Translations under genes and position numbers: made by a program
Shown here: positions 23,256 to 32,594 of the stretch, piece by piece
Position numbering within the stretch: position 1 is the stretch's first letter
Layout: every line of letters begins with the position of its first letter
Assembly (NCBI GenBank): GCA_035328285.1
Contig: DAOLIZ010000003.1
Location: 1 to 48,503, forward strand
Direction of reading: 5' to 3'
Length of the DNA stretch: 48,503 nucleotides
DNA from: Gemmatimonadales bacterium
GTDB taxonomy: Bacteria; Gemmatimonadota; Gemmatimonadetes; Gemmatimonadales; GWC2-71-9
Notes under the pieces: generated by a model
Seen by the model: the letters and a program-made list of their open reading frames with translations, nothing else
Database searches by the model: none
What the model was told of the DNA's origin: nothing

Positions 23256-24610
23256 CGACAATCCGCAGGATTTCAGCGGCGACGGCCCTGCTCGTCGCCA
23301 CGGCGCTGCCGCTGTCCGCCCAGACCGGGTTGACCATCTACAATTCCGGCCGCGTGCTCGTCCGGCGCACCTTGCCGATCGCCATTCCGAAGGGCGCGTC
23401 GGAACAGCGGGTGAATCTCGGCACCTTTGACCCGGCCACGATCTTTCCGCTCGATCCAGCGGTGAGCCTGCTGGGCGCCACCTACGACGGCGGCACTGAC
23501 CAGGCGAGCACCTTGCGGCGCGCCGTTGGCCGAGACCTGGTCTTCATGCGGGGCGCGGGGGCAGCGGACTCCGTGCGCGCCACGCTGCTCGCGGTGGACC
23601 CGGAGCGCTATCGGTACGCGGACGGCACCATCGGGTTCCAGGCACCCGGGATGCCGCGGTTTCCGGCCGATGTCGTGATCGTGGAGCCGACGCTGATGCT
23701 TTCGCTCACCAGCGCCAAGGCGCTTCCGTCGCTGGGGCTGGCGTATTTCACGAGCGGTGCCTCCTGGCAGGCGAGCTATCAGGTGATCCTCGACGGCAAG
23801 GACGCGCGGGTGTCGGGCAACGCCGTCCTCGAGTCGAGCACCATCAACGTGGCGGACGCGGAGTTGCAACTCCTGGCGGGGGACGTCGGTTCGGCGTCGC
23901 AGAACCAGGCGCTGGCCCGGCGCGCCCCGGCGATGGCGGCCGTGTCATACGAGGGAGCCGCGGCCAAGGAGGAACAGGTCGGTGAAGCCCATCTCTACAC
24001 CGTCCCGGGCCGGGTCACGCTCCGTCCGGGTGAAACGTCACTCGTCGCGTTGTTCGACCCGACCAGCGCACCGGTCGCGAAGCGGCTGGTGGTCCGGTCC
24101 GGTCTCCCGTACTGGGGCGGCCTCCCGCAGTACGGCGACGAGCAGGAGGTCCCGGTCGCGGTGACCTACGTGGTGACCCGCGCGCGGAAGACGCCGTTCG
24201 GCGACACGCCGGTGCCGGGTGGCGTCGCGCGGATCTACCAGAAGGACAGCGGTGGGCGGCTGCAACTCATCGGTGAGTCCTCCCTCGGCCACACTGCCGC
24301 CGGGCAGCCGCTGGAACTCGACGCCGGCACCGCGTTCGACCTCACCGCGAAGCGCACCCAGACCACCTACTCCATCACCCGCGACAAGAACGGCAAGTCC
24401 ACCGCCACGGCCGACTACCGCGTCACCGTGGCCAACGCGACCGACTCGTCGGCCACGGTGGACGTGTACGAGGAGCGCGGTGGGGACTGGTCAGTGGTGA
24501 CGAGTTCGATTCCGGCGGACCGGGTGTCGAGCACGCGGGTCCGGTTCCGGGTGGCGGTTCCTGCCAGCGGCGAAACGACCATCACGTACCAGGTCCGGGC
24601 CTCCTGGTGA
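23252..24610 (+). CDS. Secreted DUF4139-domain protein
   Basis: Internal ATG at 23252 gives signal peptide MTTIRRISAATALLVATALPLSAQ. The beta-rich body, with ASWQASYQV and LYTVPGRVTLRPGETS segments, is typical of DUF4140/DUF4139 proteins. Confidence 0.75.
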   Translation: MTTIRRISAATALLVATALPLSAQTGLTIYNSGRVLVRRTLPIAIPKGASEQRVNLGTFDPATIFPLDPAVSLLGATYDGGTDQASTLRRAVGRDLVFMRGAGAADSVRATLLAVDPERYRYADGTIGFQAPGMPRFPADVVIVEPTLMLSLTSAKALPSLGLAYFTSGASWQASYQVILDGKDARVSGNAVLESSTINVADAELQLLAGDVGSASQNQALARRAPAMAAVSYEGAAAKEEQVGEAHLYTVPGRVTLRPGETSLVALFDPTSAPVAKRLVVRSGLPYWGGLPQYGDEQEVPVAVTYVVTRARKTPFGDTPVPGGVARIYQKDSGGRLQLIGESSLGHTAAGQPLELDAGTAFDLTAKRTQTTYSITRDKNGKSTATADYRVTVANATDSSATVDVYEERGGDWSVVTSSIPADRVSSTRVRFRVAVPASGETTITYQVRASW

Positions 24611-25467
24611 CCGACATCACCCTGGTTCACCTCTCCGACCTGCACTTCGGCCGGCCGGTGGAGCTGGCACAGATCAGGGCGGTGGAGCGGCTGGTCCCGA
24701 CCCTTGCCCCGGACGCCGTGCTCGTCTCCGGCGACATCAGCCAGCGGGGGCGGCACGGGGAGTACCAGCGCGGCCTCGCCTTCCTGGAAGCGATGCAGCA
24801 GACGGCTCCCACCCTCCTGGTGCCCGGCAACCACGACGTCGAGTGGTGGAAGAGCCCCTTCGGGATCTTCGGGCGGCGAGTGCTGTACGAGAAGTATCGG
24901 ACCTACTTCGGCGAGGAACTGACCCCGGTGCTCCGGCTGCCGGGGCTCGTGGTGGCCGGCGCCCTTTCGGCCTACGGGCTGGCCGCCGGCTCCCTGACCT
25001 GGAACCAGCGGGACCTGACGGTGAAGGGGCACATCCCGAAATCCGAGACCGACCGGCTTACCAAGCTCTTCGCCGCCGAGGCGGCGGGTTCGGCCAAGGT
25101 CGTGGTGATGCACCACAATGTCCTGCGGGGCGAGATCAGCCACCGGATGGGGCTGGCGCACTGGCCAAGCGCTCAGCGGCGGCTCGACGCCACCGGCGCG
25201 GACGTGGTGCTCTGCGGGCACGATCACCAGGAGGGGGCGGGACAGCTGCCGCGGGGCACCGTCATCAGCACGGCGAGCACGCTCAGCGACCGGACCCGCG
25301 GCAAGCGTCCTTCGGTGTTCAATGTGCTTCGCCTCAACTCGGATGCCGTGCAGGTGGAGCACTGGCGCTGGGATCGTGCAGCCGACGAATTCCGCGCGTC
25401 GGACCGTCATACCTTCGCGCGGGCAGGGGAGCGCCATGGGGTTGTGGGGGCAGGCCGCGTCGCCTGA
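24607..25467 (+). CDS. Calcineurin-like metallophosphoesterase
   Basis: GTG overlaps the upstream stop (GTGA). Motifs HLSDLHFG, SGDISQRG, GNHD, VVMHHN, CGHDH. Confidence 0.85.
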   Translation: MTDITLVHLSDLHFGRPVELAQIRAVERLVPTLAPDAVLVSGDISQRGRHGEYQRGLAFLEAMQQTAPTLLVPGNHDVEWWKSPFGIFGRRVLYEKYRTYFGEELTPVLRLPGLVVAGALSAYGLAAGSLTWNQRDLTVKGHIPKSETDRLTKLFAAEAAGSAKVVVMHHNVLRGEISHRMGLAHWPSAQRRLDATGADVVLCGHDHQEGAGQLPRGTVISTASTLSDRTRGKRPSVFNVLRLNSDAVQVEHWRWDRAADEFRASDRHTFARAGERHGVVGAGRVA

Positions 25468-26137
25468 GACCGCCGAGGCGGTCCTGCGCCGCCGGCTGGA
25501 TGCGCTGGGAATGCCGCCGTTCCGGGGGTTCGCCACGCACACCAACCGGACCGTGCTGCTCAGCGTGACGGCGCAGGGCGTGCTCCGGGTGCACCGCGGG
25601 TATGCCTGGGCGCCGGATCGCGTCCTGTCGGCCATCGTCAAGTACGTGCGGCCGGGCACGCGCCGCGCCACCCGCCGGAGCGCCGAGCGGGAGTTCCTGA
25701 CCTTCCCGGTCGAGGTCCACGCCCCTCCGGCCCGCCCAAGCCGCCGGGGGGTGGAGCGTCCCCGGCCCGGCGATGACGCCGTGCTGTCGCGCCTGGCGGA
25801 CACGCACCGGCGGCTGAACGACGAACACTTCGGCGGGGCGTTGCCGGCCATTCACTTCCGGCTCTCGAGCCGGATGCGCACCCGGCTCGGTGAGCTGGCG
25901 GTGGATGCCCGGAGCGGCAAGCCGCTGGAAATCGCGGTGAGCCGGGCGCACCTGAAGCACGGATGGGCGGAGGTGGAACAGACGGTCTTGCACGAGATGG
26001 TCCACCAGTGGCAGGCGGAGTCGGCCCTGCCGGTCGATCATGGAACGGTTTTCCGCCGGAAGGCGCGCGCGGTGGGCATCGAACCCAGCGCGCGGCGATC
26101 CCTGGGCCACGGGGGCCCGCGGCGCACGATCGACTGA
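25436..26137 (+). CDS. SprT-like zinc metalloprotease-domain protein
   Basis: Internal ATG at 25436 (32-nt overlap with the upstream gene). RMRTRLGEL...VLHEMVHQW matches the SprT HEXXH signature. Confidence 0.75.
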   Translation: MGLWGQAASPETAEAVLRRRLDALGMPPFRGFATHTNRTVLLSVTAQGVLRVHRGYAWAPDRVLSAIVKYVRPGTRRATRRSAEREFLTFPVEVHAPPARPSRRGVERPRPGDDAVLSRLADTHRRLNDEHFGGALPAIHFRLSSRMRTRLGELAVDARSGKPLEIAVSRAHLKHGWAEVEQTVLHEMVHQWQAESALPVDHGTVFRRKARAVGIEPSARRSLGHGGPRRTID

Positions 26138-26168
26138 CATTCAACAGGATTCCCAGAGGCTCGTACCA

Positions 26169-27353
26169 ATGGCGAACGCATTTGCGGGAGTGGATTTCTA
26201 CGACGTCGACAGCCTGCTCTCCGAGGAGGAGCGCGCGGTGCGGGACACCGTGCGCGCCTGGGTCGAAGAGCACCTCATGCCGGTCATCGGCGACGCCTAC
26301 GTCGAGGGCGCGTTTCCGAAGCAGCTGATTCCCGGGATGGCGGAGCTGGGCGTTCTCGGTGCCAACCTGCCCGAGGAGTATGGCTGTGCCGGGCTCAACA
26401 ACGTGGCCTATGGCCTCATCATGCAGGAACTGGAGCGGGGCGACAGCGGCATTCGTTCCTTCGCGTCGGTGCAGGGGGCGCTGGTGATGTACCCGATCTT
26501 CACCTTCGGCTCCGAGGAACAGAAGAAGTACTGGCTGCCCCGGCTGGCTTCCGGCGAGGAAATCGGCTGCTTCGGCCTGACCGAACCCGATTACGGCTCC
26601 AATCCCGGCGGGATGATCACCACCGCCCGCGAGACGAAGGACGGCTGGGTGCTGAACGGCGCCAAGATGTGGATCACCAACGGCTCCCAGGCGACGGTCT
26701 CGATCATCTGGGCCAAGACGGGCGGGATCGACGACGTGAAGTCGATCCGCGGTTTCATCGTGCCGGCCAGCACCAAGGGCTATACCGCCAAGGACCAGAA
26801 GGGGAAGCTCTCCCTCCGCGCCAGCGACACCAGCGAAATCGTCCTGCAGGACTGCCTCGTCCCCAAGGACGCCATCCTGCCCAAGTCCGGCGGCATCAAG
26901 AGCCCGCTCATGTGCCTCACGCAGGCGCGCTACGGCATCGCGTGGGGCGGCATCGGCGCGGCCATGGCGTGCTATGACGAGGCGCTGAGCTACTCCAAGG
27001 AACGCATCATGTTCGGCAAGCCGATCGGGCAGACGCAGCTGCAGCAGTCGCGCCTGGCGGAGATGCTCACCGAGATCACCAAGGCGCAGCTGCTCACGCT
27101 GCAGCTTGGTCGCCTCAAGGATCGCGGCACCATGACGCCCGACCAGGTCTCCCTCGCCAAGCGCAACAACATCAACATGGCCTGCGAAGCGGCGCGCGAG
27201 GCGCGGCGCCTGCTGGGCGCCAACGGCATCCTGGTGGAGTACCACTCGATGCGGCACATGGCCAACCTCGAGTCGGTCTATACCTACGAGGGGACGCACG
27301 ACATGCACACCCTCATTCTCGGACAGGCCGTGACCGGCCTGCCGGCGTTCTAG
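26169..27353 (+). CDS. gcdH: Glutaryl-CoA dehydrogenase
   Basis: 394 aa from the ATG at 26169. Acyl-CoA dehydrogenase fold with a GcdH-like end ...LESVYTYEGTHDMHTLILGQAVTG. Confidence 0.9.
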   Translation: MANAFAGVDFYDVDSLLSEEERAVRDTVRAWVEEHLMPVIGDAYVEGAFPKQLIPGMAELGVLGANLPEEYGCAGLNNVAYGLIMQELERGDSGIRSFASVQGALVMYPIFTFGSEEQKKYWLPRLASGEEIGCFGLTEPDYGSNPGGMITTARETKDGWVLNGAKMWITNGSQATVSIIWAKTGGIDDVKSIRGFIVPASTKGYTAKDQKGKLSLRASDTSEIVLQDCLVPKDAILPKSGGIKSPLMCLTQARYGIAWGGIGAAMACYDEALSYSKERIMFGKPIGQTQLQQSRLAEMLTEITKAQLLTLQLGRLKDRGTMTPDQVSLAKRNNINMACEAAREARRLLGANGILVEYHSMRHMANLESVYTYEGTHDMHTLILGQAVTGLPAF

Positions 27354-27380
27354 CAACGAATTCGCACGCAGGGAGTTGAC

Positions 27381-28133
27381 GTGAAAATCGCCGTGTGCAT
27401 CAAGCGGGTGCCGGACATGGACCTGCGGTTCGCCATCGGGGCCGATGGCAAGGCGCTGGATCCTGCCGGCCTCAAGTTCGACATCGCCGACTTCGACGGG
27501 TATGCCGTGGAGGCGGCGCTGCGCCTGGTGGAAAGCCAGGGCGCAGGCGAGGTGGTGGTGGTCTCGGTCGGCCCCGCCGCCGTGCAGGAGACGCTCCGCA
27601 AGGCGCTGGGCATGGGCGCCCACCGCGCCATCCAGCTCGACGCCGCGGAGGTGCCCTTCGACGGGATGGCGATCGCCGCCGCGCTGGCCGCGGAACTCAA
27701 GGAGGGCGGATACGACCTGGTCCTCTTCGGCCGGATGGCCACCGACAGCGCCAACCAGACCGTCGGGCCGATGACGGCCCACCTGATGGGCCTGCCGTGC
27801 GTCACGGCCATCTCGAAGCTCGACGTCGCGGACGGGCGCGGCACCGCCGAGCGCCAGCTCGAGGGGGCCACCGAGACGGTGGAGTTTCCGCTGCCGGCCG
27901 TCATCACGATCGACGAAGGGCTCGGGCGGCCGCGGCTCCCCTCGCTCAAGGGGATCATGGCCGCCAAGAAGAAGCCCCTCGAGGTCAAGCCGGCGCAGTT
28001 GGGTGCGGCCCACCTGACGGTGGACGTCATTGCGCTGCCGCCCGACCGCCCGCCGGGCCGGATCATCGGCGAGGGCGCGGACGCGGTGCCGGAGCTCATC
28101 CGGCTTCTCCAGACCGAAGCGAAGGTGCTCTGA
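27381..28133 (+). CDS. etfB: Electron transfer flavoprotein beta subunit
   Basis: VKIAVCIKRVPD start, 250 aa, typical EtfB layout. Confidence 0.95.
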   Translation: MKIAVCIKRVPDMDLRFAIGADGKALDPAGLKFDIADFDGYAVEAALRLVESQGAGEVVVVSVGPAAVQETLRKALGMGAHRAIQLDAAEVPFDGMAIAAALAAELKEGGYDLVLFGRMATDSANQTVGPMTAHLMGLPCVTAISKLDVADGRGTAERQLEGATETVEFPLPAVITIDEGLGRPRLPSLKGIMAAKKKPLEVKPAQLGAAHLTVDVIALPPDRPPGRIIGEGADAVPELIRLLQTEAKVL

Positions 28134-29122
28134 TGGCCAACATGTTTGCGTTCGCCGAATCGCGGGGCGGCGCGCTCCGCAAAGTCGCGCTCGAGACCGT
28201 CAGCGCCGCGCGGCAGGCGGCGGACGCCACCGGCGGCGGCGAGGTGCATGCCCTTCTGATGGGTGCGCCAGGGATCGGCGCCAGGGCGGAGGCGCTGGGC
28301 CGCGCCGGCGCCGATGTCGTGATGGTGGTGGAGCACGCCGGCCTCGAACGGTACAGCCCCGAGGTGTTCGCGGCCACGGCGGCCGCGCAGGTGAAGAGCG
28401 GCGGGTACCGCGGCGCCTTCTTCGCCGCCTCCGCCGAGGGGCGCGACCTCGCCCCGCGCGTCGCCGCGACGCTTGGCGTCAGCATGGCGTCGGACCTGAC
28501 CAGCTTCGCCTTCGAGGGCGACGCGCTGGTCGGCCAGCATCCCACCCATATCGGCAAGATTGTCACGACGGTCCGACTGACCGGCACGCCGGCCGTCGTC
28601 ACCCTGCGGCCCGGGGCGGTGCTCGCGACCGATGCCGACCGGACCGCGCGCGTGCAGCAGGTCGAGCCGGCGCTCGACCCGGCCTCGGCGCGGGTGGTGG
28701 TCACGAAGCTGGGTGGAAGCGGCGACGCACAGTTGGACCTTGCCGACGCGCCGGTGATTGTCGCCGGCGGCCGGGGGCTGCGCGAGGCCGCCAATTTCGC
28801 GTTGATGGAGGAACTGGCTGCCGCGTTCGGCAACGCCGCCGTCGGGGCCACGCGGGCCGTGACCGACGACGGGTGGCGGGATCCCTCCACCCAGATCGGT
28901 CAGACCGGGCGCATCGTCAGCCCGGACCTCTACGTCGCAGTGGGCATCTCGGGCGCCATCCAGCACCTGGCCGGCATGCGCACCTCCAAGACGATCGTGG
29001 CGATCAACAAGGACAAGGACGCCCCGATCTTCAAGCTGGCCGACTACGGCATTGTGGGGGACCTGTTCGAGGTGGTGCCCCGGCTCACCGAGGAAGTGAA
29101 GAAGGCGCGCGCGGGCAGCTAG
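28133..29122 (+). CDS. etfA: Electron transfer flavoprotein alpha subunit
   Basis: ATG overlaps the etfB stop by 1 nt. [19 protein letters not shown] and [16 protein letters not shown]-binding motifs. Confidence 0.95.
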   Translation: MANMFAFAESRGGALRKVALETVSAARQAADATGGGEVHALLMGAPGIGARAEALGRAGADVVMVVEHAGLERYSPEVFAATAAAQVKSGGYRGAFFAASAEGRDLAPRVAATLGVSMASDLTSFAFEGDALVGQHPTHIGKIVTTVRLTGTPAVVTLRPGAVLATDADRTARVQQVEPALDPASARVVVTKLGGSGDAQLDLADAPVIVAGGRGLREAANFALMEELAAAFGNAAVGATRAVTDDGWRDPSTQIGQTGRIVSPDLYVAVGISGAIQHLAGMRTSKTIVAINKDKDAPIFKLADYGIVGDLFEVVPRLTEEVKKARAGS

Positions 29123-29144
29123 CCAGCCGCGACCGGATGCACCG

Positions 29145-29180
29145 ACGGGCCGCCTGAACGATCCAGCGCGGCCCGTTTGC
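29145..29180 (+). terminator. Hairpin between convergent etfA and ICMT-like genes (possible bidirectional terminator)
   Basis: ACGGGCCGC (29145-29153) / GCGGCCCGT (29168-29176), then TTGCC. The T tract is weak. Confidence 0.45.
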
Positions 29181-29188
29181 CTGGCGGG

Positions 29189-29668
29189 TCAGTGCCAGCC
29201 ACCCGGTATGAGGCGAGGAACCCGGGCGGCGTACTCCTCATATCCCCGGACACGGGTGCGCAGCCACGCCTCTTCCACGCGCGCCTTCAGCTCGAAGTAC
29301 GCGAGGGCGACGAGGAGCACGATCGCTCCCGGCCACCCGCCGGCGCGAATGGTGGCGTAACCGGCAAGCGTCAGGGACACGCCGAGATAGATGGGGTGGC
29401 GTACGAGCCGGTAGATCCCGCGGGTCACGAGTCGCCCGCCGGGAAGGGGCTCGGTGGCTGGGGTGAGGTTCGGGCCGAGCGCCCAGGCCCCTGTGAGCAT
29501 TCCGAGGAGTCCGGCGGCGATCATGATGCCGCCGAGCAGGCGCCAGGCGGCGCCGGGGGCCGGCAGCCCGAGGCGGCCCGCGGCCCAGGGCACGCCGACG
29601 ATCACCAGCAGCCCCAGGAACGCCTGGCCCCACACCCATGGGTCGCGCACCGCCGTCCGTCGACCCAT
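29189..29668 (-). CDS. Isoprenylcysteine carboxyl methyltransferase (ICMT/PEMT)-family membrane methyltransferase
   Basis: Internal ATG at 29668, 159 aa. LVTRGIYRLVRHPIYLG signature and C-terminal EE..L......Y..Y motif. Confidence 0.8.
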   Translation of the reverse strand: MGRRTAVRDPWVWGQAFLGLLVIVGVPWAAGRLGLPAPGAAWRLLGGIMIAAGLLGMLTGAWALGPNLTPATEPLPGGRLVTRGIYRLVRHPIYLGVSLTLAGYATIRAGGWPGAIVLLVALAYFELKARVEEAWLRTRVRGYEEYAARVPRLIPGGWH

Positions 29669-29759
29669 GGTACGCCTCGCTCCTCGGGGTGATCCGGTCG
29701 TCCCGCAGGTTATATTCTCTCTGCAATTGCCGTCGACCGCAATCCAAGGAGCTTCCGTC

Positions 29760-31415
29760 GTGTCCTCCATCCTGCCCAGTCGCCACCAGCAAGCGCTGCC
29801 GCTCGAGAAGCTTGTGCTCGACGAAGCGCCGGGTGCGGAAGCCATCGAGATGGACGTGCTGTTCGTCGGTGCCGGGCCCGCCGGGCTGGCCGGCGCCATC
29901 GAACTGGCCCGCCTGGCCAGGGCCGATCAGGAGGCCGGGGGGGGGCTCGGCGAGTTGAATATCGGCGTGCTGGAAAAGGCCGCGGGCCTCGGCGAGCACA
30001 ACCTCTCGGGCGCGGTGGTGAATCCGCGCGCCTTCCGGGAGCTCTTCCCCGACCTGACCGACGCCGACTTTCCCTTCCGCCAGCGGGTGGACGCCGAGGC
30101 GGTCTATTTCCTGACCGAAGGCGCGTCCCGCCGCATCCCGACGCCGCCGACCATGCACAACTCCGGCAACTATTCCGCGTCGATTTCCGAGATGGTGCGC
30201 TGGCTCGGCGAGAAGGCGGAGGCGCTTGGCGTCAACGTCTTCACCGGGTTCCCGGTCGACGCGCTGCTCGTCAGGGACAAGGCGGTTTGCGGGGTCCGCA
30301 CCACGCCGAGCGGCCTCAACCGCGATGGCACGCCCGGGAGCGACTACGCGGAACCGACGGACCTGACGGCGCGGGTGACCGTGCTGTCCGAAGGGACGCG
30401 CGGCGCGCTGTCGCAGGCTTGGTGCGAGTGGCAGGGCGTGACCTCGCCCAATCCGCAGATCTTTGCCCTGGGCGTGAAGGAAGTCTGGAAGGTGGCGCGC
30501 CCGCTCGACCGGGTCATTCACACCATGGGCTGGCCGCTCCCCAGTGACGTGTTCGGCGGCAGCTGGTGCTACCCCCAGGGGCCGGACCAGGTGTCGATCG
30601 GCCTCGTCGCGGGCCTGGACTACGGCAACGCCAAGCTCGACGTTCACACGCTGCTGCAGCGGATGAAGCTCCATCCGCTCTTCCGCGAGATTCTGGATGG
30701 CGGCGAACTGGTCGAATGGGGCGCCAAGACCATTCCCGAGGGCGGGTTTCATGCCCTGCCGGGTCGGCGCGCCGGCGACGGGCTGGTGATCGTGGGCGAT
30801 GCGGCGGGCTACGTGGACGTCCCCTCGCTGAAGGGCGTGCACTACGCCATGCAATCGGGGATCTACGCCGCCCGCGCCATCTTTGCGGCACTGAAGAAGG
30901 GCGACACCTCGGCGGCGGCGCTCGCCGAATCCGACCGGATGGTCGATGCGAGCTACATCCGCGCGGATCTCTACAAGACCCGCAACATGCGCCTCGCCTT
31001 CAAGGACGGGTTCCTGCTGGGGGCGGCAAAGGCGGGACTGATGACGCTGACCGGTGGGCGGTTTCCCGGCGGCAGGATCCCGATGCACGCCGACGCCGAC
31101 GCGCCGAGGACCGACGGGGGCGAGACGACGCTCGTGCCGGACGGGGTACTGACGTTCGGCAAGCTCGACGCGGTGTTCAAGTCCGGCAATGCGACCCGCG
31201 ACACGATCCCCAGTCACCTGCTGGTGGGGCGGGATATCAGCGCCGAGGTCGCGGACTTCTATGCCCATCTCTGTCCGGCGGGCGTGTACGAGCGCGATGG
31301 CGACGAACTGCGCGTCAATCCGCCCAACTGCATCGACTGCAAGGCCACGGACGTCCTTGGCCCGCGCTGGACACCGCGCGAGGGCGGCAGCGGTCCCCGC
31401 TACCGGGTGATGTAG
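29760..31415 (+). CDS. Electron transfer flavoprotein-ubiquinone oxidoreductase
   Basis: GTG at 29760 with an AAGGAG SD 8 nt upstream, 551 aa. MDVLFVGAGPAGLAGA FAD motif and C-terminal 4Fe-4S region CPAGVYE...NCIDCKATD. Confidence 0.9.
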   Translation: MSSILPSRHQQALPLEKLVLDEAPGAEAIEMDVLFVGAGPAGLAGAIELARLARADQEAGGGLGELNIGVLEKAAGLGEHNLSGAVVNPRAFRELFPDLTDADFPFRQRVDAEAVYFLTEGASRRIPTPPTMHNSGNYSASISEMVRWLGEKAEALGVNVFTGFPVDALLVRDKAVCGVRTTPSGLNRDGTPGSDYAEPTDLTARVTVLSEGTRGALSQAWCEWQGVTSPNPQIFALGVKEVWKVARPLDRVIHTMGWPLPSDVFGGSWCYPQGPDQVSIGLVAGLDYGNAKLDVHTLLQRMKLHPLFREILDGGELVEWGAKTIPEGGFHALPGRRAGDGLVIVGDAAGYVDVPSLKGVHYAMQSGIYAARAIFAALKKGDTSAAALAESDRMVDASYIRADLYKTRNMRLAFKDGFLLGAAKAGLMTLTGGRFPGGRIPMHADADAPRTDGGETTLVPDGVLTFGKLDAVFKSGNATRDTIPSHLLVGRDISAEVADFYAHLCPAGVYERDGDELRVNPPNCIDCKATDVLGPRWTPREGGSGPRYRVM

Positions 31416-31418
31416 CCG

Positions 31419-32594
31419 ATGCCGAACCGCCGGCGGGAGTTCACGGGACTGGCCGCCAACGATTTCATGCATGAGACCGCCCGCGACCGGCTCTGGGCCG
31501 CCCCCGATCCGATGCTGATCGACGCCGGCGCCCACGGCGAGCTGCTGGTGGCCAAGGTGCGCATCGCCCTGGTGTCGCTGGTGCTGCTCATCCCGGTCTA
31601 CAACGTCATCGCGACGCCCTATCTCATCGAGGCGTGGGTCGGCCTGGTGGCGACGCTCGCGGCGCTGGTCTTCGCGGTCGTGGTCTGGGGGGTGGTGCGG
31701 CGGGGGTTCTACCGGCCATGGCTGGGGTTCATGACCAGCGCGGTGGACGTGACCTTCGTGACCGCCACCCTCGTGGCCTTCCTGGCCATGGGGACCCCGC
31801 ACGTGGCGGTGAACAGCCGCATCATGTACAGCGTCTACTTCTTCTCGATCGGCGCGTCGAGCCTTCGGTACGACACGCGCATCTGCATCGTGACCGGGGC
31901 GCTGGCGGTCGTGCAGTACGCGGCGGTCGTCGCCGCGGCGGGCCTGTTCTGGGACCTGAACGACCTGCGCTACGCCCCGTTCACGTACGGGATGGTCAGC
32001 TGGGGCGACCAGGTCGGTCGACTCATCCTCCTCGCCACATCCGGCGTCCTCGCCACCGCGATCGTGGACCGCTCCCGGCAGCTCCGGCATCTCTCCGCCC
32101 TCGATCGCCTGACCGGCCTCCTGAATCGCGGGTACTTCGAGACCCGCTACCAGGCGGAGGTGGCACGCGCCCGCCGGCATGGCCACCCGCTGTCGGTGGC
32201 GCTGCTCGACCTGGATCGCTACAAGAACTTCAACGACCGCTACGGCCATGCGAGCGGCGATGTGGCGCTCCGGGTCCTCGCCGACACGCTGCTGAAGGGA
32301 TTGCGCGCCACCGACATCGTGGCGCGGTACGGTGGGGATGAGTTCGTGATCCTGTTGCCCGAGACCGGGCCGCGGGCGGCGTTCGAGAAGCTGGAACAGC
32401 TGCGCCTGGCGGTGGCCCGGGCCGAGTTCTCGATTCCGCGCCACGACCTGACCGCGCAGATCACCCTGAGTGCAGGGATCGCCTCCCTGCCCGACGACGG
32501 TACCGATCCGGTCGAGCTGCTCGAGGTGGCGGACCAGCGGCTGTTCGCCGCCAAGGACGGCGGCCGGAACCGGGTGGTCGGTCCGCAGGACTAG
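31419..32594 (+). CDS. Membrane-anchored diguanylate cyclase (GGDEF)
   Basis: About 5-6 N-terminal TM helices, then DRLTGLLNRGYF, RYGGDEF and AKDGGRNRV. Confidence 0.9.
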   Translation: MPNRRREFTGLAANDFMHETARDRLWAAPDPMLIDAGAHGELLVAKVRIALVSLVLLIPVYNVIATPYLIEAWVGLVATLAALVFAVVVWGVVRRGFYRPWLGFMTSAVDVTFVTATLVAFLAMGTPHVAVNSRIMYSVYFFSIGASSLRYDTRICIVTGALAVVQYAAVVAAAGLFWDLNDLRYAPFTYGMVSWGDQVGRLILLATSGVLATAIVDRSRQLRHLSALDRLTGLLNRGYFETRYQAEVARARRHGHPLSVALLDLDRYKNFNDRYGHASGDVALRVLADTLLKGLRATDIVARYGGDEFVILLPETGPRAAFEKLEQLRLAVARAEFSIPRHDLTAQITLSAGIASLPDDGTDPVELLEVADQRLFAAKDGGRNRVVGPQD

